DNA of 64,000 nt from Neodothiora populina (Eukaryota), in contig NW_027191403.1 of NCBI RefSeq assembly GCF_041146345.1, positions 62,001 to 126,000 of the forward strand, given 5' to 3'. The notes under the pieces were generated by a model. That model saw only the letters and a list, made by a program, of their open reading frames with translations. It searched no databases and was not told the DNA's origin. Positions 1 to 12,873 of the stretch are shown here, in pieces. A program made the position numbers and the translations under genes. Position 1 is the stretch's first letter, and each line of letters starts with the position of its first letter.

Positions 1-1543
1 GAGCATTTGCAGTACTTGTGATGCGGGAGCGGGCGAACACACCCACTGTTCCTCGGACGGTTCGCATTCTTGATAAGGAGACCTTACGAGGAGGCTTTAC
101 GAGCAAATTGGTAAATCTTCTTCCGACTCTCTCGAACGGTGGTCCCTCACACGGTTTGCGACACGTCAGTGACACACAAGTGCACAAATGTCGGATAGAT
201 GTTCCCGACTGGGGCAGGGTCCCTGCATCAATAAGATCTACAACTGGATTCGTCCTTCGAGAGCCATCAGCAACGCGCTGAGTGTCGGCTTTGCCATATG
301 GATGAAAATGGTGCCTGTTTTGCAAGTTGGACGAAAATGGTGAAGTGCGCGGACCGTCGATCTCCCTATCTTAAGGTTTGTACCTGGCAATAATCTCCGT
401 AAACGGCGGCGTCAATTCTTTCCCCGACATCTCGGGATCAGCTCCGAACCGATACTATGGAGAATGTGGTTCGTTACCGACTGTCCACTTGGTATGGGTC
501 CATGTTGTATTGCAGGGGCTGAAGTCAATGGAACATGCAGCATGGCAATACAATTGAGCATGGTGCGGACTCACACGGTCGTCCACTTAAGACTTGCGAT
601 TCATACCTAAGGTCAGGGTCATACGACTGCGTCGTTGAACTGTCAACGCACACTTGTGAATGAACGATATTTGTGATGACTCGATAGGACGAGTCGACAA
701 CTGTTGGATTAGAAATCCGCCGTGGTGGTAATTCTACCTCCACTCTGGTCCGACACTTGTCCGTGACATGACTGCAGCTTTCGTGGTTTCGCGGCCGTGG
801 CGATTCGCGTTATGAGATCTGGCACGGTGCGATGTGACGGCCTGGGCGAACGATCATGCGACCTGACTCGTACCAATCTAACGACAATCGACTCAACGGG
901 CCTCCTTTGGCAAGTTGACAACATATGAAAGGTTCAACGTAAACGTTCTATCGTAGGACTCGATCATCTAAGCGCACACATGTGTTGATAGCAAGTATTG
1001 ACACCTGTAGCGTCATGTGAATGAAAGCATGAGACAATATAACGCAGGTACAGTTCTTCAAACTTTGACAATACGGTGATGCGAGATTGTTCGATGAACG
1101 CCATTTCAAGGACCTTCAGGGGTGAAACGACGATTGAGCTCGATAAGGTAACGAGCGATGTGAATATTGTCACGTGATACGCACCACGCTCCATCAACCC
1201 ATCATTGCAGGGCAGTGTTGTTCGGTGCTCAAATACGGAGGGAATCAAGTTGCCAGCACAGCTGCATTGTGAGCTTCAGTTCTGTTGCTTGCCTCAATAC
1301 GATGGCACCGACAATGCCCCATGTGCGCAGATTGGATGCATCACAGTTTCGAGCTGCTCATATATGGGTAACATATTGCCTGCTACCCAGAGGTGATAAT
1401 CTCGTCGAAGAACTGCTAAGCAAGTCGCCTCCAGCTTCGGATCTACAGTAGGTAATCGGCTCTGCTCGCAACGTCCTTGCAATACATCATATTTGTCCCT
1501 CATCGTCATCTACTCGCGTTAGTGATACATATATGGAAAAACC

Positions 1544-1570
1544 ATATATATATATATATATATATATATA
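1544..1570. repeat. (AT)n microsatellite
   Basis: Uninterrupted atatat... run of about 13 units. Confidence 0.95.
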
Positions 1571-3032
1571 GTTGCATGAAATCGATAGCTGCGGCTCGAC
1601 TCTAGATTGGTGACGTTCCAGGTATATCGCTGCACTTATGTGACCGGTTTCTCTTTCCATGATGACTATTTACACGTGGTCTGTTCCAGTGCCCTTACAG
1701 ATTGTGACTGTATCTGTATCGCATCATTGATTTCAAAGAATCGCAAAGTGAGCAACACCGTCACTGTTCGGATACTGGCAACTCTCGCAATATGTCTTTC
1801 GACGGTCATTGTGGTCTAGAAATGCACGTCGATCTGTATCTCATAGCTCCCTAACGGAGCCCCTCATTCCTCGTTACTTGCATACACGGTGGAATTCCGA
1901 AGCTCGATGGGTACTGTCGTGCTCGTAGTGCATAGCTCTGCGATAGTGGATCTGCATAGTCATACCGGTATAATAGTTCAGAAAACGTATTCTCAAAGAT
2001 ATTCCATTGTTGACTATTTTGATCTGATCCCGATCCGACGACAACAAATATGTGCTTGGTATCCAGGAAAAATGTCACCAAGTCAAGACACGCTTTACTT
2101 TCATTAGCTAAAGCCTTCGATCAAACGAAAAGACGCTGGCTTGGTGCTGCTAAACAAACAACGGTGGAGTTTTTGTTTCGTTACGTAAGTGCCTAAGCCC
2201 AAGCTCCCGAATATGGCTCTGACCAATATCAAGGTACTCTATCAACCTGGCCGTATGCATCTTTCTGCTCGGGTTCGGAATGAGGGTATACCTACCCTAA
2301 GACGGAGGAATACACGACATCAAGGGCCTCTGGAGCCGCCACACCCGCAACTTCCATACAAGGCTGTGAAGTTATTTCGTCTTCGGTGATCCCGAATGTC
2401 CTTGTCACTAACTCGCCTCAGGCCCTCTCCTGTTCTCTCTGCTTCACCCTGAACGGGTTCGTCACCTGTATGTTGCTCTCTAATGAGTGGGCCAAATATG
2501 GCCTGCGCAGAAAGGGCCTACGGATAAGTGGGGACCCCAAAGGGGCCCATAAAACAAGCTATATGCAAGTCACTTATAAGTATGCCACATGACTTCCGGC
2601 AATATCAATCACGCTAGATTGGCTAGTCTCCTAGTCCATCTTCTTGGTATGTGATTTGATCAGAAATGCCTTCTCATGCTAGACCTCAAGCGTCTCCAGG
2701 TGGACATTAAAGCTAGCAAAACAGAAACAGAAACAGCGTCGACTCGATCGAAGACGGAATCTACCTTCATGACATGTGGATAATCTCACTGGACGATCAT
2801 GTGCATCGCGGCATTGAGTGTGGTCCCCGCCGGCATCATGATCGGCCCAAGCTTCCGGAGATTCAAGACTGCCATGCCCGCCGCGGCGAGCTAGCTATTG
2901 GATCATGCTGCTGAACCCCAGGTGGTCGATTTAGACTATTCAATTTGGTATAGGAGAGAAAGGCCAGTGCCGGAGTACTCATTAGTATAAGAGCAGCCAA
3001 AGAAAGGATAAAGAACGGTGAGACTAATACAA

Positions 3033-4401
3033 TCAAACCTTACAGAAATGTGCATCATTCACGACAGAATCTACGACAGGTTTCGCAAGCTTGATATCAG
3101 CACCTAACTCCTTCCACGCTCTACTGCAATCATGATCTAATTGTCCCTTATGGCTAACGACCAGCAGTTCAGATCCGTCGTCGTCCATGGTATAGATGGC
3201 ATTATGGGCTCTTCCTAGGGTCAGCTTAATGGCACCCTCGATATCCCTTCTCGGTGTATACACCTTGCGAGGAACGCGGCCGTGGATCATCGCCATGATA
3301 TTGGCGAGAACAACTTCAGCCTGGAACATGCCCGCGCGAGCCATCATGGGTCCACCGTGCTCGGCTACATCGCCGAAAGCAAAGACGCGTTGATTCGAGT
3401 CCTTGGTATCAGAGACTTGCAATGTTGGCTGAACGAGGATTCTCGAAGTAGCCTCAGAGATGGAATTTGGTAGAAGAGATGTCAGAAGTGAAGAATTGGG
3501 CCGTTGGCCCGTGCAACCAATCTATGAATGGTCAGTCTGAAGTCACAGCAGGCAAGGGAGAAATGGGTGGAGTACGAACTACAAGGTCAAACTTCTCCTG
3601 GTGGCCATCGGAAAAAGTAAGCGTCGTGTCCTTAAGGAAGGAATCACCTTGAGGTAGAGAAGGTCGCTCATGGAACAAACAGCGGATTTTGAGCTTCTCG
3701 AGTACAGGCAGGACATAGCCGTGGAGCCGCTTGCCAAACCGATTGAGGACTTGGCCATAGGGATGGATCAACGTGACGTTCTTATCCGGGTAAAAGTCCT
3801 TGATGTCAGTGGCCAACTCAATGCCAACGGCACCGGCACCAATGATAGCAATTTTTTGGGAGTCTTTGATGCTTTGTTGAACATAGCGGAGTTCCAAGCA
3901 TGCAGCATCACGTTCGTTAGCCGAGACCTGGACTGGGAGTGGCTGAGATGCGCCCGTAGCGATAGCGAGAAATCGGTAGGGAATGCTCTTTCCCGAAGCA
4001 AGGAGAACTTCTGTATTGCTGATGCTACCCACAGTGTCCTGGACATGAGTATAGATGCCGGACGGGGCACTTTCCTTCAGACCATCATAAGGTATGAAGG
4101 CGGTATGCTCATAACCCTGAAGGACGGAGTAACGAGGGAAGTTGAATGAGTAGTTGAAATGCGATCTCTTTTCGACAAGGACAACTTTGTAGCCTGTAGG
4201 AAGAGTTTCTGTCAATCGTTTTGCTAACGTGATACCAGCGAAGGAGCCTCCGAGTACAACGACATTCTGCGCAGAAGAAGTAGACTTGTAAGTCCAGCTG
4301 TGATATATGGCAGCAATGCGCCGTGGAAGCTGTCTGCAAGCGTAAGGTACGAAGAAAGCCAGGCTCTTCCCGATGAGCTGTAGATTATCCATTACTGTCA
4401 T
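3033..4401 (-). CDS. AIF/AMID-like FAD-dependent pyridine nucleotide-disulfide oxidoreductase (2 exons, intron 3522-3579)
   Basis: Two Rossmann motifs (VVVLGGSFAG, IAIIGAGAVGIELA), LAIATG and VFAFGDV. A GTTCGT...CTGAC...TAG intron joins ORF 3532-4401 to the frame ending at 3033. Confidence 0.9.
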
Positions 4402-4540
4402 GTGCTCTATCAGATTAAAGTAGGAGCTCTGAGAAACATATAATCAGGGATCCACGAGGAGATATAGCATAATTGTGTGAATGCCATAAGCATGTAGATA
4501 GATCAGGGCTGGTGCCTCCGGAGGATCAGATAACAACGCC

Positions 4541-4557
4541 CCACGGAAAGTCCGTGG
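4541..4557. promoter_or_regulatory. Inverted repeat CCACGGA-aag-TCCGTGG (CGG-N5-CCG), candidate Zn2Cys6 site upstream of the oxidoreductase
   Basis: Perfect 7-bp arms about 140 bp upstream of ATG 4401. Function is inferred. Confidence 0.3.
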
Positions 4558-4980
4558 AACGTCCATGGAGGCAGATAGTGGATGTTTCCGTCCAGGATGC
4601 ATGTGCGCTATCATGTCGCATGCGCTCGATCTCTGCCCATCTGTATTTGCGCTGGCTGGGTTTTATGGTGGGCGTCCGCTGAATCGCTTCTTGAAGACGA
4701 TTCATCGAGAGCAGAACGTGCTGAGAATGCCCGAGGGGATTTCACGGATCACACATCTTGGACACCATACACACGAGAGGTCACGACCTGGTGAACAGCT
4801 ATTGAATCACTAAAGGTGAATATACATATGTTGGTGAGCTTACGCACCTAGCATCGCGTAAGGCTGCGCGTTGAGACATGAGACACGAGTGTAGAATTGC
4901 GGATCTTCGAGCGACCCTCGAAATCATCCTTTGTTGTAGCGGAACGTGCTATATATACCGCAATTTCTACCCAGCACTAC

Positions 4981-5099
4981 ACTTACGGCCATAGGCAGCT
5001 GAGAATTGGGCATCCCGTCCGCTCTGCCAGACATGAGCAGTTGACCGGCAGATCAGTACTACAGTGGGTGACCACGTGGGAATCCCTGCTGCTGTGCGT
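4981..5099 (+). rRNA. 5S rRNA gene (dispersed copy)
   Basis: Matches the fungal 5S pattern: ACTTACGGCCATAGG...CATCCCGTCCGCTCTGCC...AGTACTACAGTGGGTGACCACGTGGGAATCCCTGCTGCTGTGCGT. TATATA at about -30 (4950-4957) and a T-run terminator at 5099-5102. Confidence 0.93.
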
Positions 5100-5494
5100 T
5101 TTGCTTTCCTAGGCGCAGAAATTGAATCGAATATCATATAGGATGATGCAATAAATATTTTCATGCGGCGTACTATGCTATGCTACTTGTGGTCATCCTT
5201 TTGCTTCTTCGTTGCAAAAACACGTACTGCCGCTTTTCCGTTTTGCGGATCTCGCTGATGATAAGATTCGGCCAGAATGAATGGAGACCACGTTGTAAAG
5301 CAATCTTGTTGGATTATAACGCAGTCAGTATCAAAGTATGCCGGACGAAGCCGTGCAATGAGCGCACGAAAAACCCGACGAGGATCCTGCATGATGATAT
5401 TCGTGGTGGATGCTTAGTTAAGTTATTGCCCAGGCAGAATATAGTATGCGACATCTCTTTGGTGTGGGCTCACACCCATGATATTGTCCTGGTC

Positions 5495-6312
5495 TCAGCC
5501 CGAACGGACTCGAATTGGTTCATAGTTCTCAAACGATCCTTCACGAGCGCCTTGCCTGGCGACCTGATCGGCGACCTGATTTTGCTCTCTTGGTATCAGC
5601 CAGAACTTGATCTGAAGATCGTTATTTCTTGCTGTTTCGAGCGAAAGTATAAACTCCTCCCAGAGATCTATGTTTTGGACTGCCCGTCTATTCGAAGTAC
5701 GCCATCCATTACGAGACCATCGCTCGATATAGTCGGTGGCCCCGTCAACGACATAGGTGGAATTGGTCGCAATGACAAGGCTTGTAAAGCCTTCCATATC
5801 CCAGCGAAAAAGTCCAGTGCAGCTATCACCGCGCGCAATTCCGCACGGTTGTTGGCCTGCTGACACAGGCTGCCACCAGGTCCGCGATTCTCCAGGCGAA
5901 AACTGACAGCCCTGTAGCCCGGCCCATAGACGATACCGCAGCCCGCTCTGGCAGCAGTCTGGCCTCCCTGGAGACAAGAACCATCAGTGTAAACGAGGAA
6001 CTCCTGAGGATTGTACTGGGCTATGAAGCGGGTAGTGCCATGACCACTTCTACGAGGGACAAAGATCCTAGTTGTAGTGCTATTGTCCATCGGCGAGTCG
6101 AACTAACGAGGCATCTCAATTTCTTCGGCCCAGGGAGTTAAGACCGTTGGAGGCAAGCAGACTGCGTATACAGGTTCATCATCGTCATCGTAGTATCCAT
6201 AGATTTCTTGCTCGAAAGTTGGATCTGTTTAACAACTCGCACATCTGATCCTATGATGGCGAGCGCAGACGGCTCGACCATTTGTAAGATAGGCAAGGTC
6301 GTTTGATGACAT
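5495..6312 (-). pseudogene. Ribonuclease H (RNase HI-like) pseudogene with N-terminal CxxHxxxxCxxC motif
   Basis: YTDGSC, NNRAELRAVIAAL, W..NGW, NIDLW and NQVAD motifs are split over two frames (frameshift at the A-run 5807-5811). In-frame TAA at 6229-6231 and TAG at 6103-6105. The catalytic TDS reads TNS. Confidence 0.85.
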
Positions 6313-8911
6313 CAATGTACTAGTATAGAAGCTTGTGTCGAGAGTGGCAACAAGAGGCATACAAAGTTCAATTTGTATGAAGTATTATCTTCTGCTAGAT
6401 CAGCCTGATAGAACGTTGTCTATAGGAGAACAGATGGCAAAAGGAGCCACAAAGGCTACAAACGAGGAGCTACCTACACTAGCACACGGCAGGCAGCCGT
6501 CATTTGTACGGACAGGAGAGTTGGGAATGACCTTTATGTGGAAAGAGCTGATCAGTTTGTTCAAATATCGAGAAGGCGCACGGTTATACAGTAAAACCTC
6601 TCTATAGGCATATTCCGTATAAGCATAACCTCGGCTTGGCAAGCATATCGACTTGCAGAGCTTTTCAGACAGTGGTACAATCCTCACTTAATATAAGCAT
6701 TACCTGGTCTACAAGCATATTCCAGAGCTCCGAGGTTGCATGCTTATAAACAGGTTTTACTGTAGCTCTATCTGATATCAGCCAAGCCAGCTGCGAACAT
6801 CTTTTGTCACATGATCCAACATGAGAATCTTCATAATGCATGTTTGATGCAAATATACAGCACAGTGCGTCGTTATGGACATTACCGCGACAACACGACC
6901 ACATACCTAGCTGTCATGGTGTCATTCACAGAAGAAATCTTGATGGTATAGCCGATGCCGCGCAATCGGAGTCTACCCCCGCGTCTCCTGTGCCAGGGAT
7001 CAAGCTTGGCTAAGGTATTGTATTGTATTGTATTTCCGCCTGTTACCCCACCTGTCGGCAAGTCACCTACTTAAGGTACCTTAAGGAAGACCACGGAATA
7101 TGGTCTACTTTCTGGAAGAGATCGATTTTCTCACACTGGAAGGGTATACATACTCAAGAGGAAGCACGCTGCTGAATATTAATGGAGTGTTCGGAGCCGC
7201 TACATACAGGAGTACTTAATGCATGAGTCCTCAATGCATGTGAGTATTCATGGCACCATTTTACAAACTCGAAGTAAGTCTGCGTCGAGACGATCTCTAT
7301 CTGACATGAAAACCCGCGCCGCCCCAACTGCATGTCTATGCCCGGGATTGAACGAGCAGTATATTGGTGGGCGTAGTATCACATGTGAATCGGCAATCGC
7401 AAAACCTCGAGATACGCTTCGAGCCCTACGTCGCGCGATATCTCTAGAGTCCACCAGGCCGTCATTATAGACAAAGGAGGTCCGGCATAGTATCGGAGAC
7501 ACTTATTCAGGCGTTCTCGCTTGGCTTTGCTGTTTCCATGCTGCTCTCGTAGCCAGCCCGTGCCTTCATCAATTTCGTTTTCATCCTTCCAGACCAGTAG
7601 AACGTCTGGGATAGTGAGTCCCGGTTTGCAGCGCTATGAAGAGGCGTCTGCTCTGGCCACGTATGGTTCAAAATGGTTTGCAGACCTTTTCCGTCATGGC
7701 TAACGAATCCGACATATTCCAAGCGTGGGAAGGAAGCTGTTAAGAAGATCGACCGCGTTTACATGCTTACTGGCCGATGATCAAGCAGTATGTAACTAAA
7801 CATGACTGACCAGTCATCGTTCTTGATTGGGGAGATAGTGTGGCCTGCATCCGCTGTACACTCCGTATTGATTTCTATGCCATGTGCTGCTTACCGCATA
7901 GCTGCTCCCGGCTGTTCACCTGAGCAGTTACAGCTGCTAGTAATTCTACGACACGCCCAGCTTGAAACCATGGTATGCATACGTAGCAGCTTGGACGCGT
8001 TTCATGCTCGACTGTTTCAGCCGCACAATCCGAGGCACTGGGCTTGTCGGTAAGACAAGATCGCCTGTGCTTTTCTACCTTCCATCTGGTTCCCCACCAC
8101 CTGCAATACTGCCCAAAGTCTCCAATGCACTATGCGGAGCTAGGGAAAGCGGCTCTTTCCACATCCTGCTTGCCGCGACGTTCACATGTTGCTGCAGCTT
8201 AACGTATCCGAGGATCCAAGTTCGAAGCAAGCACACATGTACGTCAAAGCTGCGACATGTTACTTACGTAACGTTCAACACTCCATGTACCACTACAACA
8301 TAGCTCAGCCGATTTTCCAGCCGTCTCATCCAGTTTTAGGATACTACAATTGACTAAGATCAAGCTCTCCAGAACCTCGAATTGCTTGAGAAGGAAGACG
8401 TCCCAGTGCCATCAAAGTGGACCGCCGCGTACTTTGACTCTCGGGATCGAGGCAGTTTCCATAGGCTACGGGTATCATGTGCCACTTCCACGGATGGAAC
8501 GATCTGGGACACGTCGTAGTAGATACTGTCTCGGCATCATCTGCTCTGGAGTGACAGGCTGTCGGTTTGAGGTGCCCAATCAGCTCAATCATTCTCGCGC
8601 CGGACCCCACCTGCGAGCTTGGTCGTATCTAATTGGGGCTACGTAAGTAAAAAGCGATACCGCACAGATGACAACTTCTCCAGATCAAGCTATACGAGTC
8701 CTATACGATCCGTTCATACTTGTCACTCGGTGGTCCCCCACGCTTACGAAATGCAATATAATATATCGGCGAGTCCGCCAACTCGTTATCTTTACCCTGC
8801 GTCGGGCATGCCACACGACTCAATGGGTCCAGGGATTTTCTCAGGGTACGAGACCAAAGATAAGCATTGTATTCTCTTCATGTACAGAATCTGGGTTGTG
8901 ACTGCCTCACC

Positions 8912-10123
8912 ATGAACATGAGAGGATCCCCATCATCCCGCGAAGAACGTGCCATGAAGGACACCTTTTCCTCTTGTCAGGCTTGCCGCAGCAATCGCAT
9001 TGCATGCATGTTCCCATCATTCGCATTCCAAATACGCAGGCAAGATGTCCCACTGTCGCCTTCCGCGTCTTCTGATCAATACACACACATCATGAGCTTT
9101 TTCGTCGGGCAGTGTTCATCGAAGTCAATGGTTCATAAGATGAAACAGCAAGATTTCTCTTTCTTGTAGTGCTGGCTTCCTCTTGCATCGGACGTACTGA
9201 GATATTACGATTATGGCATGCCCGAAAATTGCGCTCGACCAATCAACACAAACAAAGCCGCATGTTCATATGGTGCGAGACAAAACCCCGTCTGGTGAAG
9301 TCGAAGCTTGCAATCATGACTTTAATCGAGCGGCAACACTTCCTACAGAGCGACACTTCTCTGGAGGGGCTCAGATCGAGGGTTCCCTCGGCTATCACCG
9401 AAGTTGCGAAAGTGATATCTGGGGCTCTGAATTGGACCATAAATTGATTTCGACTTCAGCGCAACAGATTTACCAACTCGATGACGAGTCACTCGTGTTC
9501 AGCGGGTGTTTGCTTGCCGATGAAAGACCAAAGGGCAACCATAGACTTTCCTGCCAAAGCGATATCGACAACGGCAGTTCTGTGGAATGCTTTTCCGAGG
9601 CATCACTGACCTCTTCCGAGTGTCCATCACTCTACCTCACCCCACCAAGCCCCACCTGGGCTTCACAAGGAGATTCAGCGTACATGCAACCAATACCGAC
9701 GACAAAATGGCAACAGGGTAATGAGGTTTCAGATCACGAACGCATATCGAGTGCCATTTACGACGCCCGCGAACTTGTGAGTTCGCAAACTGTGCAAACA
9801 TACAGATGCCACTGACTCATAAGCAGCAGGATAACCTGTGCATCGACAAGCACACCATCATGCGCGATACAGCGCCTCACTATGTTCAAAGCGCCGATAG
9901 TGTTGGCCTGGATGGACGAATGTTGCCACTTCGCTCAGCCACGACTGGCATATCTGCTACCACACCAGGACAGTCAAGTCCTTCGACAACAAGACACAAT
10001 CTCGCAGATGCGACTAACTACTTCTATGCTGTGCTTCACCAGCGCAGATCAAGAGAGAATATTCAGTCATGGATGGAAGCTGGATTTAGCTATCTCAGTA
10101 GTCAACATTCAGGTCGGGGATGA
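8912..10123 (+). pseudogene. Possible degraded Zn2Cys6 transcription factor / hypothetical protein
   Basis: SCQACRSNRIAC gives half of a binuclear cluster. A downstream C-I-G-R-x6-W has the spacing of the second half with two Cys lost. Fragmented ORFs 9213-9815 and 9806-10123 follow. Confidence 0.3.
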
Positions 10124-10699
10124 GCAGTGCGAACTGGATTTGTCTTAGATGAGGAGCTTTGCTGTCGACGGGATGCATGGGACTCGTCTTGGGCCGAGGC
10201 TCATTCGGGTGTCGCGTGTCGCCCAGATCACTGGATGTTTGTTCTGGTATATTGACCTGGGGCTCTCTTCCATCACGTCACTCATTCATGATACTATCAT
10301 AACTCTTATATCACTCCGCAAGTGCCAAGAAGGTAAGGGGAGGCAACGTGAGAGGTGGAGAACTCTTTTATCATTTTCCCGTCCGTATGTACCTTGCTCA
10401 ACAGAATTCGAACGGGCTCGAAACCTTAAACTGCTACTTTATCGCGACTACTCGCGACTGGCGATTATCGGTTCTAGTACCCGTGGACACTTACTGGGAG
10501 TGTACCACAAGGTCCTGTAGGTCTCGAGGTCTCATCAGCTGGATCTGAATATTGATCTCTGTGCCAAGGTCTGGACTATCGGTTAGAGAGTGGTGTTCCT
10601 TGCAGCCTACACAATTAAGAGTCGGGACTTACTTGTGGTCTGCAGTGAAAAGTGGAGTAAATATGATGATCTCTCCTCCTGCAGCTACTCGCACTTCCT

Positions 10700-12186
10700 G
10701 TAATTAAGATAGACTCGCTGCCAAGTGGGACATGTTAGGCTCAAGTGCTTGCTTATGTAAGCTGCTCTTTGGTCATAGACGACGACTTCCTGCAACTTCA
10801 CTGACTCGACCATCAATTGGCCGAGGAACATCACTTTCACATAGATTCTTTGGTCCATATCTGTCAAGGACCGTAGAACAATGATGTCGCTGATCTAGTC
10901 CAATGGATAATAGCTTATATGAGCCCACTTTTGGACAAATAAGAGTATCATCCGACATCGCTCAACATTGTCTATTCATGCTTGCTCCCATCCATAGATT
11001 TGCATAGCGTTTTGATAAACAGTCGAGTGAAGCTATCTACGTTGTGTCGTTGTCGCCATTAACACGTATCTCATCACCAGCCTCTGCAAAATTCCTCTCC
11101 ATTCTCGTCAAATTGAACATCTGTAAAGTGTCGTTTGAACACTAAATCGGTCAAGCCGGAATCAGAGATACTGATGAAGAGCTACCGGGTGCTAAATCTT
11201 GAGCGGTGGCAAGAGCTGAGGCAGTACGTCGATCTTGTTGGACGCAGTAGTCTAGAAGGGTAGATTCTGCTGCGACTCTAAGGCTACCGAAAGATAATGT
11301 CAGCATCGAAAAACGGTTTAGTTGGTCAAGAGCGTGCTTTACGTACAAGGATGAGTCCGGCTCGATGGATGGGATCTTAGTCGTGCTCCACGAGGTGATA
11401 AACATCGGTACCTCGGGCTGCAGAAAAGCAATCAATTCGGATAGATCATACACCGGCTAAAGGCAAGGACAAAACACCTCATCGAAGAAGTGACCCATGA
11501 TTCCCGTGCATTGCCACGTGGGTTCTGTGTCATTTTTGGAACGTTTGTAGGTCTTGAGCTTGGCCCGCCCACCACGGTTTCTCTTCGTGGATTTCGGTTT
11601 TGGCTTCGAGTCTAATTCGATTGGGAGCGATGCTGATGTATTCGTTGTTGTTGCGGTTGCCAATCCCGTACTGTCTCCTTGTTGTACCTCAGACTGACGC
11701 GTACGATTTGGAGTGGGTTGCTTCTCGTGACTTTCATCGGGGACCGTGTAGGAGTCGATCGCAATGAGCGTTGCTCTGAGAGTAATTTGACAGCCGGTGT
11801 GGTCTTCTTTTTACTTAGAGGAGGCAGCATCTGCGACGAGTCGTGATCCTTGGGTGTGTTTCTCAGCAGCCGGAGGGCACTGCGTTGAGAAGAGAGCGGG
11901 GTGGAATCTTGTGGTTGCTCCTGCTTGTTTTGTTGTGGCTGTTGTACTTTTGAGAGCGGGGTTGGCGTTGTCCTCCGAGATCGACGTGGGGTTTCTTGTG
12001 TCTCCAATGTCTGTATGTCTTGCCACTTTGCTCCTTTTGTTTTTTAGATTCCTGCTGTCTGGCAGACAATCGCTTTTTGCTGCTGTATGTGGATGGACGC
12101 GATCGAGTAGTGCTTGGACACGCCATGATTTGGGAGGATTCCATCGTCACTGTGGTTGGGCACTTTACAGAGGACAGTTCAGCCAC
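10700..12186 (-). pseudogene. Fragmented hypothetical gene (basic low-complexity N-terminus)
   Basis: Chain of overlapping or abutting minus-strand ORFs (11863-12186, 11612-12007, 11457-11663, 11151-11453) broken by frameshifts and stops. No family recognised. Confidence 0.3.
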
Positions 12187-12873
12187 ACGCGTCTCACGCG
12201 ACCGAGACTCTCTTCCTTAGCTTGAAATTCGAATGCCTGAGAGGTATATGATTGTCTCTCTATCCGCATTTCATGGCTACTTGCGAGTTCGTTTACATTC
12301 CAACTTCACCCAACCCACTTAGGTCCGTGCACAACGCATATACCGAAACACCCGCGACGTCATACGAATTCCTTGTCACTCTGGTCGTCATGTTGTATCT
12401 ATCGCACTACATACCTCGATGTATTATTGTAGCTCTGATGACTCATTTATAGTATTCTCTGGTCTTCATCATTGAGCGCTCAGCCTTGTAGCATAAGAAT
12501 GAGCTGAGCTGACCCAGCGCTACTGACCAGGGTTACCCTCGGAAGGATGCAGACCAAGGACGAAGGGAACCCTGTCCTCAGACGTCCAAGTTTCCAATTT
12601 ATGTTTGTATTTCCTGTTATCAAGCATCCCTTGTAGTAAATCTACGCTCATATTTCATATGAAGTCTAATTGCGAATATACCTGCCGGGTGTAGCAACAG
12701 ACTCACATTTCTAGCGGGCGCTTAGCTGCAGGCAAATAAGCTTTGCGGTAATTCAATGAACATCTCAAAAGGTGAAAACATTGTGACTCGCTCCAGCTGT
12801 CTACATTACTGACGGAGACATTACTCGACCTACATCTGCAAATATCTGATTGTGTAGTTATGCCCTTTCAGGA

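Noticed and set aside
5180..5863. 227-aa plus-strand ORF, and similar long antisense/overlapping ORFs (e.g. 3670-4149, 37494-38132, 49985-50752, 52419-53021)
   Set aside because: Shadow ORFs opposite or overlapping motif-supported genes, with no motifs of their own.
7248..7722. QTPLHSAA ankyrin-like snippet on the minus strand
   Set aside because: A single short motif in broken frames is not enough to call a gene.
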